A DNA stretch of 64,000 nucleotides from positions 288,001-352,000 of the forward strand of contig JBFWJC010000002.1 in assembly GCA_050253415.1 (NCBI GenBank), written 5' to 3'. Source of the DNA: Pedobacter sp. (GTDB taxonomy: Bacteria; Desulfobacterota; Desulfuromonadia; Desulfuromonadales; Syntrophotaleaceae). A model generated the notes under the pieces. The model made no database searches. It was not told the DNA's origin and worked only from the letters and a program-made list of their open reading frames with translations. A program made the translations under genes and the position numbers. Below, one piece after another: positions 30,109 through 42,041 of the stretch; the first letter of the stretch is position 1, and each line of letters starts with the position of its first letter.

Positions 30109-30444
30109 ATGAGCATCGAAGGAAAAGGCAAGCTGCTAAGGATTTATCTTAACGAAAACACCAAGCATGAAAATGGTCTTCTGTATGAAGCCATTGTGGA
30201 AACCGCCTTTAAAAAAGGACTGGCCGGATCCATGGTTTTTCGGGGTAATGAGGGGTTTGGCTTTTGTTGTTCGAAATGTCGGACGATTCACGAGGGGATG
30301 ACGATATCCCCGTGTCAGCCGATGGTTATCGAATTTATTGATACTGAGGAAAAAATTATCGCCTTGGTTCCCATCCTGAAAGGCATGCTCAAGACAGGTG
30401 CCATGATTATGCAGGATGCCGATATCTTATTTGACAAATATTGA
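30109..30444 (+). CDS. DUF190 (PII-like) protein with Cys-rich loop
   Basis: KLLRIYLNE, LYEAIV, GLAGSMVFRG..GFG, PMVIEFIDTEEKI. Confidence 0.8.
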   Translation: MSIEGKGKLLRIYLNENTKHENGLLYEAIVETAFKKGLAGSMVFRGNEGFGFCCSKCRTIHEGMTISPCQPMVIEFIDTEEKIIALVPILKGMLKTGAMIMQDADILFDKY

Positions 30445-30592
30445 GAATTTTCGTGGGGGTTTTTCGTTATGTGTCTGTCCATAACAAAGGAGGAATGTCA
30501 GGACTAGACTATTAAAATTTGCATTGCGTCATTACGCTAGGTTAGAGGAGCATATTTTTTGTAACAATTATCAGCGCATTTTTGGAGGTGTT

Positions 30593-31489
30593 ATGGAGAA
30601 GATAAGAAACAAAGCGCTTTTTCTGGTAATGGTAGCGACCTTTTTGCTGGTCGGGGGGTTCTGTAAAGCAACGAACTCTTTCGCGGTCGAAGGTATTATT
30701 CCGTATAGTGTTATCGGTACCAACGAATACAATCTGCCTGTCGGTTTTGATGAGCCGATCAATCTGCTTCTTTCCTACAATGTCTGGACGAACATTAATC
30801 AGAATTGGGATTCAAACGGTAAGGAGACATCGGTTACTCATTCAGATCTCTTCGCTTCGGTCAATAAATTTGCCCGTCTGTTCACCATCGACGGCATTGA
30901 CAATTGGGGCTTTCTGTGGGAAGGCGTCCTCTCCTTCGGTGGCTATACGGACGAAGATGGAAATCATGCTACCGGCCTGCTCGATCCCCAGACCGGTGTC
31001 GTAGCCTGGACCAAGCCCATCCCGAGCTGGACTCTTTGTTTTGAATACTGGCTGTACCTTCCTTTCGGGGACGACTCGCTCACGGGTGGTTCACTCAACC
31101 ACGCCGTTACCTGGATGAACAACCATCAGCTTTTTGATGGCAAAATCGTTGTCGACTGGGACCTCGGTTACAAGATCCGCGGGGACCAGCGGGTAAATGG
31201 TACCAGAGCTAAACAGGGTAACTCGATTTTTACAAACTGGGTTGTCACCTATATGCACAATCCTTATTTCAATCCCAACATCCATTTCGACTATGAAGCG
31301 TCCGAGTCCGGCAGGGATAAGGATACCGACGCAACTATCGCTTCCGGCTCGAATATGCAGGTTGGCATCGGTAACAGCATGAAACTCACCGATCGCCTGC
31401 TGTTCGACGTCTGGTACGCTTATGGTGTTGACGGAAGAAATGCTCCCAAGAGCAATAACGTTTTCACCCGCTTCATCTGGAGCTTCTAG
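30593..31489 (+). CDS. Outer-membrane beta-barrel channel (SphA/phenol meta-pathway type)
   Basis: Signal peptide, GLLDP motif, amphipathic aromatic strands, C-terminal TRFIWSF beta-signal; GGAGG RBS. Confidence 0.75.
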   Translation: MEKIRNKALFLVMVATFLLVGGFCKATNSFAVEGIIPYSVIGTNEYNLPVGFDEPINLLLSYNVWTNINQNWDSNGKETSVTHSDLFASVNKFARLFTIDGIDNWGFLWEGVLSFGGYTDEDGNHATGLLDPQTGVVAWTKPIPSWTLCFEYWLYLPFGDDSLTGGSLNHAVTWMNNHQLFDGKIVVDWDLGYKIRGDQRVNGTRAKQGNSIFTNWVVTYMHNPYFNPNIHFDYEASESGRDKDTDATIASGSNMQVGIGNSMKLTDRLLFDVWYAYGVDGRNAPKSNNVFTRFIWSF

Positions 31490-31514
31490 GTTTTTCGAAG
31501 TTCTGCGCATAATG

Positions 31515-31550
31515 GTAAGCCTCCCCCTGGATCTGCAAGGGGAGGCTTAC
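31515..31550 (+). terminator. Hairpin ending the butanediol operon
   Basis: gtaagcctcccc...ggggaggcttac inverted repeat. Confidence 0.65.
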
Positions 31551-31865
31551 GCTAAAATTTTTCATGGCGGAAGAAATTAATTTGGCATAAAAATCGCCGT
31601 CGGAAGCGGAACAGGTCAGGGCAGGGCAAGTCATCGAATTGCAATTCATGGGTCGACTTGCCGTGACCTGTTTGTTGAGGTTCTTTGCAGAAAAAAACCG
31701 TTGTTATAGGTTGTATTATATAGCGGTGTCTCTGGGTTGAAAGGGGACCCGGTATGGTTAGATTCTCTCTCATAATCACGAGCACAGTTGCCAATGAGAA
31801 AGGAGTTTGATATGCTCAAGGTCGTCGTAAACGAGATAAGTTTTTTGAAGGCTGTATTTCCGTAA

Positions 31866-33938
31866 ATGATTATTCATGAGGTGGAAAGGATGCCTGAACA
31901 GGAATTCAACAGGCATATCCAGCGGATATTTTCCTGTGTTTCCGGCAACAAAGGAAATGACAGAGTTGAAGTCGACACTCCTATTGTTATGTCGTGGGAG
32001 CGTAGTCTTCAGCATTATGGTATCGACCCGAGTCAACCTACTCCGGTGCAGGTCCTTACTGCCTCAGAGTTGCGCGACTACACCCAGCCTATAGAGCGTT
32101 TTTTGCGCATCGCCAAAGCCGGGGTTCAGTACCTGCATCGCCAGGTGGCGGACTTGGGTTATGCGACCCTGCTGTGTGATGCGAACGGTGTTACAGTAGA
32201 CTGGCGGGGAGATGAGCGTTTTTCCCGACAGTGGAAGGATACGGGTCTTTTCCTCGGAGCGGTGTGGAACGAGCATCAGGAGGGAACCTGCGGGGTCGGC
32301 ACCGCGCTTGTGGAGCAGGTGCCACTGACGGTTCACAAGGGTGACCATTTCCGGGCCAAAAACGCCAATCTGACATGCTCCTGCGCTCCGATTATCGGTC
32401 CAGGCGGTAAAGCCATGGGCCTTATCGATGTCTCAGCCCTGCATTCTCCCGATTCCAAAGACAGTCAGCATCTTGCCTTGCAACTTGTCATGCAGTCCGC
32501 GCGCATGATCGAGTCGGCTTATTTCCTCAGTCAGTTCGAAGATCAGTGGGTATTGAGGTTGAGTTCCGAGCGGGAGTTGGCCGAGGTTTCGAGCGAGTTT
32601 CTTATCGCCATAGATGGCGCAGGAAAAATTCTGGCCGTGGACCGTATCGCGCGCCGCCTTCTTGGGCGTGAGGCGGGTGGCGGTAACCTGGTCGGGCGTG
32701 CGGTCGGTGAAGTTTTTGATCTCGATTTTGAAAAGTTACTGGATATCTCCTCCCGCTCCAGCCTGGTACTGCCCATTCGTACCCAGCGAGCCGGAATTCA
32801 GATGTTTGCGTCCCTGCGTTCTCCTCAGGCCATTTCCATCAAACCTGTCAGCCGTGTCGCCGAAGCTGCTCCTCAGAAGAGACGAATCCCGCGTCCCGGC
32901 GAGCCCTTGAGTCTCGATTATCTGGCAGGCTCGGATCGCCAACTTAAAGAAAGCGTGGAGCGCATCAAGCGCGTCATGAATAAGCCCATACCGGTTCTTC
33001 TGAATGGTGAGACCGGAACCGGCAAGGAAATGTTTGCTCAGGCGATCCATAATGCCAGTCGACGCGCGGACAAGCCGTTTGTGGCGGTAAACTGCGCCGC
33101 GATCCCCGAATCCCTGATAGAGAGCGAACTTTTCGGCTATAAAGACGGCGCTTTTACCGGTGCACGCAGCAAGGGGATGCGGGGCAAGATCCTGCAATCG
33201 GATGGAGGTACCCTGTTCCTGGACGAAATCGGGGACATGCCAGCAAGCCTGCAGCCACGGTTGTTGCGGGTTCTGGCGGAGCGCGAGGTTACTCCGCTTG
33301 GAGGCGAGACGCCGATTCCTGTAGATCTGCACGTGATCTGCGCCACTCACCGGAATATCCTGGATATGGTGGCCAGCGGGGAATTCCGGGAAGATCTCTA
33401 CTATCGCCTCAATGGCATTTCCTTTGAGTTGCCGCCGTTGCGGCAGCGCTCGGATATCGCCCGCCTGATCAATGATGTGTTGATCATCGAGGCGGAAACC
33501 AGTCCCGATAAGTTGCACATTGATGACTGTGCCATGCAGGTTCTTACCGAATTCGCCTGGCCTGGCAATATCCGGCAACTGCGCAATGCATTGCGTTATG
33601 CTTTGGCGGTTTGTGACAATGGTGTCATTACCTGTGACGATCTGCCGGTCGATGTCGCGGGAGGTCAGCAACCGTCACGGCGTGTGGCGGCGGCCCTTCC
33701 CGGACCGCTTGAAACCGTGTTGCCGGACCCCCCCGCTGAGACGGAAGGCTCATCCTGTATCCAGGATGTTGTTGCCGGACTCAACGGTATGGAACAGGCC
33801 GAGCGCCAGGTCATCCTCGATTCGCTTAAAAAGCATAAGTGGCAGGTTGCCAGGGCAGTAAAGGAAGTAGGAATAAGCCGGGCCACCATGTATCGAAAAA
33901 TGGAAAAATACGGCATCATTCCACCCAATAAGCGCTGA
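31866..33938 (+). CDS. acoR: Sigma54-dependent activator, AcoR type (GAF-AAA+-Fis HTH)
   Basis: SWERS, GAVWNE...[55 protein letters not shown]. Confidence 0.9.
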   Translation: MIIHEVERMPEQEFNRHIQRIFSCVSGNKGNDRVEVDTPIVMSWERSLQHYGIDPSQPTPVQVLTASELRDYTQPIERFLRIAKAGVQYLHRQVADLGYATLLCDANGVTVDWRGDERFSRQWKDTGLFLGAVWNEHQEGTCGVGTALVEQVPLTVHKGDHFRAKNANLTCSCAPIIGPGGKAMGLIDVSALHSPDSKDSQHLALQLVMQSARMIESAYFLSQFEDQWVLRLSSERELAEVSSEFLIAIDGAGKILAVDRIARRLLGREAGGGNLVGRAVGEVFDLDFEKLLDISSRSSLVLPIRTQRAGIQMFASLRSPQAISIKPVSRVAEAAPQKRRIPRPGEPLSLDYLAGSDRQLKESVERIKRVMNKPIPVLLNGETGTGKEMFAQAIHNASRRADKPFVAVNCAAIPESLIESELFGYKDGAFTGARSKGMRGKILQSDGGTLFLDEIGDMPASLQPRLLRVLAEREVTPLGGETPIPVDLHVICATHRNILDMVASGEFREDLYYRLNGISFELPPLRQRSDIARLINDVLIIEAETSPDKLHIDDCAMQVLTEFAWPGNIRQLRNALRYALAVCDNGVITCDDLPVDVAGGQQPSRRVAAALPGPLETVLPDPPAETEGSSCIQDVVAGLNGMEQAERQVILDSLKKHKWQVARAVKEVGISRATMYRKMEKYGIIPPNKR

Positions 33939-34179
33939 ATTCATTCCTGGTCTGTCGTTGGCGCTGGCCACTAACAGAACACCTTTTGCTCTGGATCCTG
34001 TCGTGCCCGTCGTTGCCATAGGCAACGCTCTCCTGCACTTATGGGCTCGGACTCTGAACCATTAATTCATAATCATATGGCTGTCTCGGCATGATGCCGG
34101 ACAGCCATTTTTATTGGAGGAGGATGCGGTATGTTTCAGTCCGGTCTCTTCCATGGTGTTTATGGTTGTCTCGGGCAGG

Positions 34180-34223
34180 AGGACAGGTGTGTCCGCAAGA
34201 GAGTGAGACAGGTGTCTCAAAAT
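34180..34223 (+). promoter_or_regulatory. Candidate AcoR binding site upstream of thiC
   Basis: Palindrome TGAGACA-GG-TGTCTCA at 34204-34219, preceded by GGACAGGTGTGTCC. Confidence 0.75.
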
Positions 34224-34356
34224 GAAAATTGTTTTGAATTCGAACAAGTTCGGCGCTGTTCGAACGCCCCGGGGTAATAGGGGAGGGAATGACAGAAGTG
34301 CCCACTGGGGGCCTGTCAGCAGCTAAAACGATGTTTCGGCAACAAGAGTAAAAGCT

Positions 34357-34373
34357 TTGGCCTGGAATTTGCG
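34357..34373 (+). promoter_or_regulatory. Sigma54 promoter for the thiC operon
   Basis: TTGGCCTGGAATTTGCG, GG-N10-GC. Confidence 0.7.
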
Positions 34374-34408
34374 CATTGCATATTGAAAAAAAGATTTGCA
34401 AGTAATAA

Positions 34409-36298
<1,890 letters not shown>

Positions 36299-36308
36299 CG
36301 GAGGAGTC

Positions 36309-36512
36309 ATGTCTCAATTGACGGTGAATGGCAAACCCCTGGTTTTGGCTCTTCCGGCGACCGTTCTCGACCTGCTGAATCATCTCGATTTCGATTCTGA
36401 AAAGGTTGCCGTGGAGTTGAACGGCGCCATCGTTCCGCAGGGTGATTTCGATGATACGGAACTGAACCGCAGCGATTGCCTCGAGATCGTGCAATTCGTC
36501 GGTGGGGGCTGA
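36309..36512 (+). CDS. thiS: Sulfur carrier protein
   Basis: 67 aa; VAVELNG; ends VQFVGGG. Confidence 0.93.
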   Translation: MSQLTVNGKPLVLALPATVLDLLNHLDFDSEKVAVELNGAIVPQGDFDDTELNRSDCLEIVQFVGGG

Positions 36513-36565
36513 ATCCTGCCGTTTGGCCAGCACGTATCTTTTCGCAAACATTAAAGGATATACCC

Positions 36566-37342
36566 ATGGATAATCTCGTCATTGCCGGCCGCAGTTTTTC
36601 CTCCCGCCTGATGGTCGGGACCGGAAAGTTCGCTTCCAACGCCCTGATGGCCGATGCCCTGTCCGCCTCCGGCTCGCAGATCGTCACCGTCGCCTTGCGT
36701 CGCGTCGACATCGAACGGCCCGACGACGACCTGCTGGCCCATATCGACCGCGACAAATACCTGCTGCTGCCCAACACCAGCGGCGCCCGCAACGCCGAAG
36801 AAGCGGTACGCCTGGCACGCCTGGCGCGGGCCGCCGGCTGCGAGCCGTGGGTCAAGCTGGAGGTCACCCCCGATCCCTATTACCTGCTGCCCGATCCCAT
36901 CGAAACCCTCAAGGCCGCCGAGATTCTGGTCAAGGAAGGGTTCGTGGTGCTGCCCTACATCAACGCCGACCCGGTGCTGGCCAAGCACCTGCAGGAAGCC
37001 GGTACCGCCACGGTGATGCCGCTGGGCGCGCCGATCGGTACCAACAAGGGGGTGCGTACCCGCGACAGCATCGCCATCATCATCGAGCAGGCCATCGTGC
37101 CGGTGGTGGTCGACGCCGGTCTGGGCGCGCCGTCCCACGCCGCCGAGGCCATGGAGATGGGGGCCGACGCGGTGCTGGTGAATACCGCCCTGGCCGTCAC
37201 CCCCGATCCAGCCGGCATGGCCCAAGCCTTTCGCCTCGGGGTGGAGGCGGGCCGTCGCGCTTATCTGGCCGGACTGCCTGCGCAACAGCAGCGGGCTGAA
37301 GCCTCCAGCCCCCTGACCGGATTTTTGAGGGACGAAGCGTGA
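36566..37342 (+). CDS. thiG: Thiazole synthase
   Basis: [45 protein letters not shown]. Confidence 0.96.
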   Translation: MDNLVIAGRSFSSRLMVGTGKFASNALMADALSASGSQIVTVALRRVDIERPDDDLLAHIDRDKYLLLPNTSGARNAEEAVRLARLARAAGCEPWVKLEVTPDPYYLLPDPIETLKAAEILVKEGFVVLPYINADPVLAKHLQEAGTATVMPLGAPIGTNKGVRTRDSIAIIIEQAIVPVVVDAGLGAPSHAAEAMEMGADAVLVNTALAVTPDPAGMAQAFRLGVEAGRRAYLAGLPAQQQRAEASSPLTGFLRDEA

Positions 37343-38460
37343 ACTTTCTAACCGAATTCAATAGTTTTGATCGTGCCGAGCTGGCCGCGCAGATTGCGGC
37401 CTGTCGGGCCAGCGACGTGGAACAGGCGCTGGTGACGGAGCACCTGCGCAACGCCGATTTCATGGCATTGCTGTCGCCGGCAGCCAGGGACTACCTGGAG
37501 CCGCTGGCGCAAAAAGCCCACCGTTTGACCCAGCAGCGTTTCGGCAAGACCATCCAGCTGTATGCGCCGCTGTATTTCTCCAACGAATGCAGCAACGGCT
37601 GCCTGTACTGCGGCTTCAACGCCACCAACAAGGTACCGCGCCGCACCCTTAGCCTGGACGAAGTCGAAGCCGAGGCCCGTATCCTGCGTCAGCGAGGCTT
37701 TCGCCACGTGCAGCTGTTGACCGGCGAAGCGCGTGGGGTGGACAACGACCTGCTGGTGGCGGTGGTAAAGCGGATTCGTCCGCTGTTTGCCTCCATCAGC
37801 CTGGAAGTCTATCCCATGGACGAAGCCGGCTACCGGCAGATGGTGGCGGCCGGGGTGGACAACCTGACGGTCTACCAGGAAACCTACGACCGTGAACTGT
37901 ACGACAAACTGCATCCCTTCGGGCGCAAAAAGGATTTCGACTGGCGGCTGACCACCCCGGATCGCGGCGGCGCGGCGGGTCTGCGCTCCATCGGCGTCGG
38001 CGCTTTGCTGGGTCTGAGCGACTGGCGCATCGAGGGCTTTATCGTGGGGATGCATGCCCGCCACCTGGCGCGCACCTGGTGGCGCAGCCGCGTGAACGTA
38101 TCGTTTCCGCGCATGCGTCCGGCCGGCGGCGGCTTCGAACCGCTGGCGCCGGTGGCCGACAGCGCGCTGGTGCAGTTGATCTGCGCTTTGCGACTGTTGA
38201 TCCCCGATGCGGGGCTCGTGTTATCGACCCGCGAAAGTGCCGAGCTGCGCGATCATCTGCTGCCACTTGGGATTACCCAGCTCAGCGCCGGCTCCAGCAC
38301 CGCACCTGGGGGGTACGGGCAGGAGGGGGACGGCGGTGAGCAGTTCGCCATCGATGATGACCGCGATGCCGAGCAGGTCTGCGCCATGCTGCGTGCCAAA
38401 GGCTATGAGCCGGTGTGGAAGGACTGGGACGGGGCGTTTCTGGAGCGTAAGGCAGGTTAA
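37339..38460 (+). CDS. thiH: 2-iminoacetate synthase (radical SAM)
   Basis: [42 protein letters not shown]. Confidence 0.95.
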   Translation: MNFLTEFNSFDRAELAAQIAACRASDVEQALVTEHLRNADFMALLSPAARDYLEPLAQKAHRLTQQRFGKTIQLYAPLYFSNECSNGCLYCGFNATNKVPRRTLSLDEVEAEARILRQRGFRHVQLLTGEARGVDNDLLVAVVKRIRPLFASISLEVYPMDEAGYRQMVAAGVDNLTVYQETYDRELYDKLHPFGRKKDFDWRLTTPDRGGAAGLRSIGVGALLGLSDWRIEGFIVGMHARHLARTWWRSRVNVSFPRMRPAGGGFEPLAPVADSALVQLICALRLLIPDAGLVLSTRESAELRDHLLPLGITQLSAGSSTAPGGYGQEGDGGEQFAIDDDRDAEQVCAMLRAKGYEPVWKDWDGAFLERKAG

Positions 38461-38514
38461 AGACGATATTCTTTATTTGGTTTTTCGACACCATAGGTAA
38501 GGAGATAGCGAATC

Positions 38515-39597
38515 ATGGCCAGCGAGTCCTTTGAAAATGCGACGATAGGTATCATCGCCAATCCTGCTTCCGGGCGAGATATCCGTCGTTTGGTAAGCGC
38601 CGCTTCCGGTTTCTCCATTGCCGAAAAAGCCAATATCGTTCGCAGGTTGTGCCTTGGTATGCGCGCTATAGGCGTCGAAAAGGTCTGCATGATGCCCGAC
38701 TTTTCCGGGATCGCAGGCAGTGTGTTGCGCAGTAAGGAACAGGGCACTCTGGTACTCGATGAGCATTGGCCTGAAATCGAATTGCTCGAAATTCCCATAC
38801 AAGAAAAAGCCATTGATACGTTGCGCGCTGTCGAGAAGATGGTTGAAATGGGGGTGCGGATCATTATCGTGCTGGGGGGTGACGGTACACACCGGTTGGT
38901 AGCGAATAACTGCGGCAACATCCCCTTGATCGCTTTGTCCACCGGTACCAATAATGCTTTTCCGCATTTTCAGGAGGCAACGGTAGCGGGTATGGCGGCC
39001 GGCCTGGTGGCACGGGGCGCGGTTTCTGTCTGCGAAGCTACTCTCCGTAATAAAGTGCTGCGGGTGGAGATTAACGGCCATTGCCGGGATCTGGCGTTGG
39101 TCGATTTGTGTTTGACCGATGATATGTGGGTCGGCGCACGGGCCATGTGGAAGCCGGAACGCGTCAAGGAGATTTTTGTAACTTATGCCGAATCCGATGC
39201 TATCGGCCTGTCCGCTGTGGCTGGACTGGCCAATCCAATCCCCCGCGACAGCGGCCAAGGGCTTCATCTTACCCTCTGCCCGCCGGGACAGGGCATTCTG
39301 ACCTTGTGCGCACCTATCGCGCCGGGATTGATCGTACCGGTGGGTATATCGGAACTGCGCATCCTTCGTCCGCATGAAAAAACCCCTGTAAGCCTGACAA
39401 CCGGTGTCGTCACCCTGGACGGAGAGCGTGAGTTCGCTTTTCGCGAAGGTGACCAGGTTAATGTCTGGCTCGACCTCGATGGCCCTTTGACCATCGATGT
39501 ACCGCGGGTTCTGCATGTGGCTGCCGAGCGGGGCATCTTTACCTGGCCCTCGCCCTATATCTCTTCAAAAAGTCTTCAACAGGGGGACGTCCAATAG
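38515..39597 (+). CDS. acoX: Acetoin catabolism protein X (NAD-kinase-like fold)
   Basis: GIIANPASGRDIRR, LGGDGT, STGTNNAFP, LDGERE. Confidence 0.88.
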   Translation: MASESFENATIGIIANPASGRDIRRLVSAASGFSIAEKANIVRRLCLGMRAIGVEKVCMMPDFSGIAGSVLRSKEQGTLVLDEHWPEIELLEIPIQEKAIDTLRAVEKMVEMGVRIIIVLGGDGTHRLVANNCGNIPLIALSTGTNNAFPHFQEATVAGMAAGLVARGAVSVCEATLRNKVLRVEINGHCRDLALVDLCLTDDMWVGARAMWKPERVKEIFVTYAESDAIGLSAVAGLANPIPRDSGQGLHLTLCPPGQGILTLCAPIAPGLIVPVGISELRILRPHEKTPVSLTTGVVTLDGEREFAFREGDQVNVWLDLDGPLTIDVPRVLHVAAERGIFTWPSPYISSKSLQQGDVQ

Positions 39598-39661
39598 TAC
39601 GGACATGGGGTTGGAGTGCAGGGCATAATCTTTCCCCGATTCCAAATTATCTTAAAAATCC

Positions 39662-39771
39662 TCCCGCACCCGCTCCTTACAGTCGCTCAAGCCACGAAGA
39701 CACGGAGAAAATCGCTTAGGGCTATCTTGGTGGCTTTGTGGCTTGAGTGAGCAACGCGAACGAGTGCGAGA
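39662..39771. repeat. REP-like long imperfect palindrome
   Basis: cgctcaagccacgaag...ctttgtggcttgagtg arms, plus outer tcccgcacccg/cgagtgcgaga arms. Confidence 0.6.
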
Positions 39772-39801
39772 ACGGTTCTGTTTTTGAATTTAGAGGCTTA
39801 C

Positions 39802-40434
39802 ATGACACGCAAAGACATCTCCGGACTCTATCTGATCACTGAATCCTTGCCCGACATGATGCAGCGGGTGCGTACCGCTCTGGAAAACGGTGTGAAAATC
39901 GTCCAGTATCGCGATAAATCCGAGGATCGAAAGCAGCGGTTCAACCAGGCCTGTGAGCTGCGGACTATGTGCCGGGATTTTGAAGCCCTGTTTATTGTCA
40001 ACAACGATCCGGAGTTGGCGTTAGCTTGCAGGGCTGACGGCGTGCATCTTGGCCAATCGGATGGCTCCGTGGCCCGCGCCAGGAAACTCCTCGGAACCGG
40101 GTCTCTGATAGGGGTATCGACCCATTGCCTCAAAGAGGCGATGGGGGCTCAGCAGCAAGGGGCCGATTATATCGGTTTCGGCTGTTTGTTTCCTTCGGTC
40201 TCCAAGCAGGATACGGTGGCAACCTCCCTTCAAGAGCTGTCTCGTGTCAGGGCTGCGGTGACCGTGCCCATCGTCGCTATCGGCGGTATTCATCTCGGCA
40301 ATGCTGCTCTGGCCATTCGTGCCGGTGCAGATGCCGTGGCGGTCATTTCCGCTGTCATGCAGGCCGACGACGCTGCAGCTGCGGTTTGCGCGTTGCACCG
40401 ACAGGTACAAGAGGGTCGCTCGAACATTCTTTAG
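39802..40434 (+). CDS. thiE: Thiamine-phosphate synthase
   Basis: GLYLIT, VQYRDK, FIVNND, ADGVHLGQSD, IGVSTH, PIVAIGGI. Confidence 0.95.
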   Translation: MTRKDISGLYLITESLPDMMQRVRTALENGVKIVQYRDKSEDRKQRFNQACELRTMCRDFEALFIVNNDPELALACRADGVHLGQSDGSVARARKLLGTGSLIGVSTHCLKEAMGAQQQGADYIGFGCLFPSVSKQDTVATSLQELSRVRAAVTVPIVAIGGIHLGNAALAIRAGADAVAVISAVMQADDAAAAVCALHRQVQEGRSNIL

Positions 40435-40523
40435 ACCGTTCTTCGCAAGCGCCACGAAAAAATCCAGATCGTTGATTTATTCGGCGACCCCATAGGCTCC
40501 CCTCCCACTTTACCTCGTCTTAT

Positions 40524-40587
40524 CTCTCCAGCTCTCAGTTCTCGGCTCCCAGCTCCAAGCTTACAGCTTACAGCTTGCTGTTTGCTG
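40524..40587 (+). repeat. Degenerate heptamer array (GCTCCCA/GCTTACA family)
   Basis: gctctca gttctcg gctccca gctccaa gcttaca gcttaca gcttgct gtttgct. Confidence 0.75.
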
Positions 40588-40604
40588 TTTTTCAACCAAG
40601 GTTA

Positions 40605-40647
40605 TGCGACAGGTGTTTGTCTTGCCGTAAGACACTTGTTTCAAAAT
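40605..40647 (+). promoter_or_regulatory. Candidate AcoR binding site upstream of acoA
   Basis: GACAGGTGT...TAAGACACTTGTTTCAAAAT aligns with GACAGGTGT...TGAGACAGGTGTCTCAAAAT upstream of thiC. Confidence 0.7.
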
Positions 40648-40814
40648 TATCTATACGCCCTGAAACAAACCCTCTGAAATTTACCGAAAGTCATTTTTTT
40701 TAAGATGTTAGGTATATTTTCAAAAATCCTTTTGGAAAAAAATGGTCGTAAAAACAATGTTTTGCAAAGTTGATTAAGGTGGAGGATATGGTTTGCTGTT
40801 TTTGAAGGTCGTCC

Positions 40815-40831
40815 TTGGCACCTGTTGTGCT
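40815..40831 (+). promoter_or_regulatory. Sigma54 promoter for the aco operon
   Basis: TTGGCACCTGTTGTGCT, GG-N10-GC. Confidence 0.8.
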
Positions 40832-41019
40832 CTAACACATAGCCGTGAGACCAAGCGCGACCGTACCATGAACCTGTATTTTGCCGGCCGCAGTTTTTTT
40901 TAGGCGTACCCCTTCCTGTTTAGGTGGGGGCAGGCTGAAGTTGACAAGGTCAGGTTGAAGGACGGTCAATTGTTACTCTATCGTCTTATGTACCACCTAA
41001 TGGAAGAAGGGAGAAACAA

Positions 41020-42000
41020 ATGAAGGCACAACTGTCGAAAGAGGATCTTCTCAAGGCTTATCGTAAGATGCGGGAGATTCGTGAGTTTGAAGATCGCGTT
41101 CATGTTGAGTTCGCGAAGGGAACCCTTCCCGGTTTCGTGCATCTTTACTCCGGTGAAGAAGCAGTAGCCGTCGGTGTTTGTGAACATCTCAACGATCTGG
41201 ACCGCATTGCCAGTACGCACCGTGGCCACGGCCATTGCATTGCCAAGGGCGTTGAGCTTGAGGGCATGATGGCTGAGATTTACGGCAAGAAAACCGGTAC
41301 CTGTGGTGGTAAAGGCGGTTCCATGCATATCGCCGACCTCGACAAGGGCATGATGGGCGCTAACGGTATCGTCGGTGCCGGTCCCCCGCTGATCGCCGGT
41401 GCCGCTCTGGCTTCCAAACTGCGCAAAGACGGCAGCGTCGGCGTGGTCTTCTTCGGCGATGGCGCTTCCAACCAGGGCACCAACTTCGAATCGATGAACT
41501 TCGCCGTGACCCTCGACCTGCCGATGATTTTCGTGCTGGAGAACAATGGTTACGCCGAGTCGACTTCTCCCAAGTACTCCGCCAAGGTCGGTTCCGACAA
41601 CATCGCCGACCGTGCCCGCGGTTTCGGCATGCCTGCGGTGACCGTTGACGGCAACGATTTCTTCGCCGTTTACGAAGCCGCCGGTGAAGCCATTGAGCGC
41701 GCCCGCAAAGGCGGCGGCCCGACCTTTATCGAATGCAAGACCATGCGTTATTTCGGTCACTTCGAAGGTGATGCCCAGACCTACCGTCCCAAGGACGAAG
41801 TTAAGGGCGCCCGTGCAAACGATTGCCCCCTCAAGCGCTTTGCTGCTGCCGTGACCTCCGCCGGTCTGGTGGAAGCCGCCGAACTCGAGGCCATCGACAA
41901 GGACGTTCTGGCTCAGGTCGAGAAGGCCGTCAAGGATGCCGAGGCTGCTCCTCAGCCTGACCTGAGCGCGTTGATGGAAGATGTATACGTCTCTTACTGA
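41020..42000 (+). CDS. acoA: Acetoin dehydrogenase E1 alpha (TPP-dependent)
   Basis: PGFVHLYSGEEA, STHRGHGH, GKGGSMH, GDGASNQG...ENN TPP motif, GHFEGD. Confidence 0.95.
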   Translation: MKAQLSKEDLLKAYRKMREIREFEDRVHVEFAKGTLPGFVHLYSGEEAVAVGVCEHLNDLDRIASTHRGHGHCIAKGVELEGMMAEIYGKKTGTCGGKGGSMHIADLDKGMMGANGIVGAGPPLIAGAALASKLRKDGSVGVVFFGDGASNQGTNFESMNFAVTLDLPMIFVLENNGYAESTSPKYSAKVGSDNIADRARGFGMPAVTVDGNDFFAVYEAAGEAIERARKGGGPTFIECKTMRYFGHFEGDAQTYRPKDEVKGARANDCPLKRFAAAVTSAGLVEAAELEAIDKDVLAQVEKAVKDAEAAPQPDLSALMEDVYVSY

Positions 42001-42041
42001 GCCCTTTTTGACGATTTACAGGTATAGAAAGGAATAAAACG

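Noticed and set aside
31583..31598. Possible sigma54 box upstream of acoR (TGGCATAAAAATCGC)
   Set aside because: Correct GG-N10-GC spacing but weak -12, about 270 nt from the start and with no GTCTCA boxes upstream; too uncertain to call.
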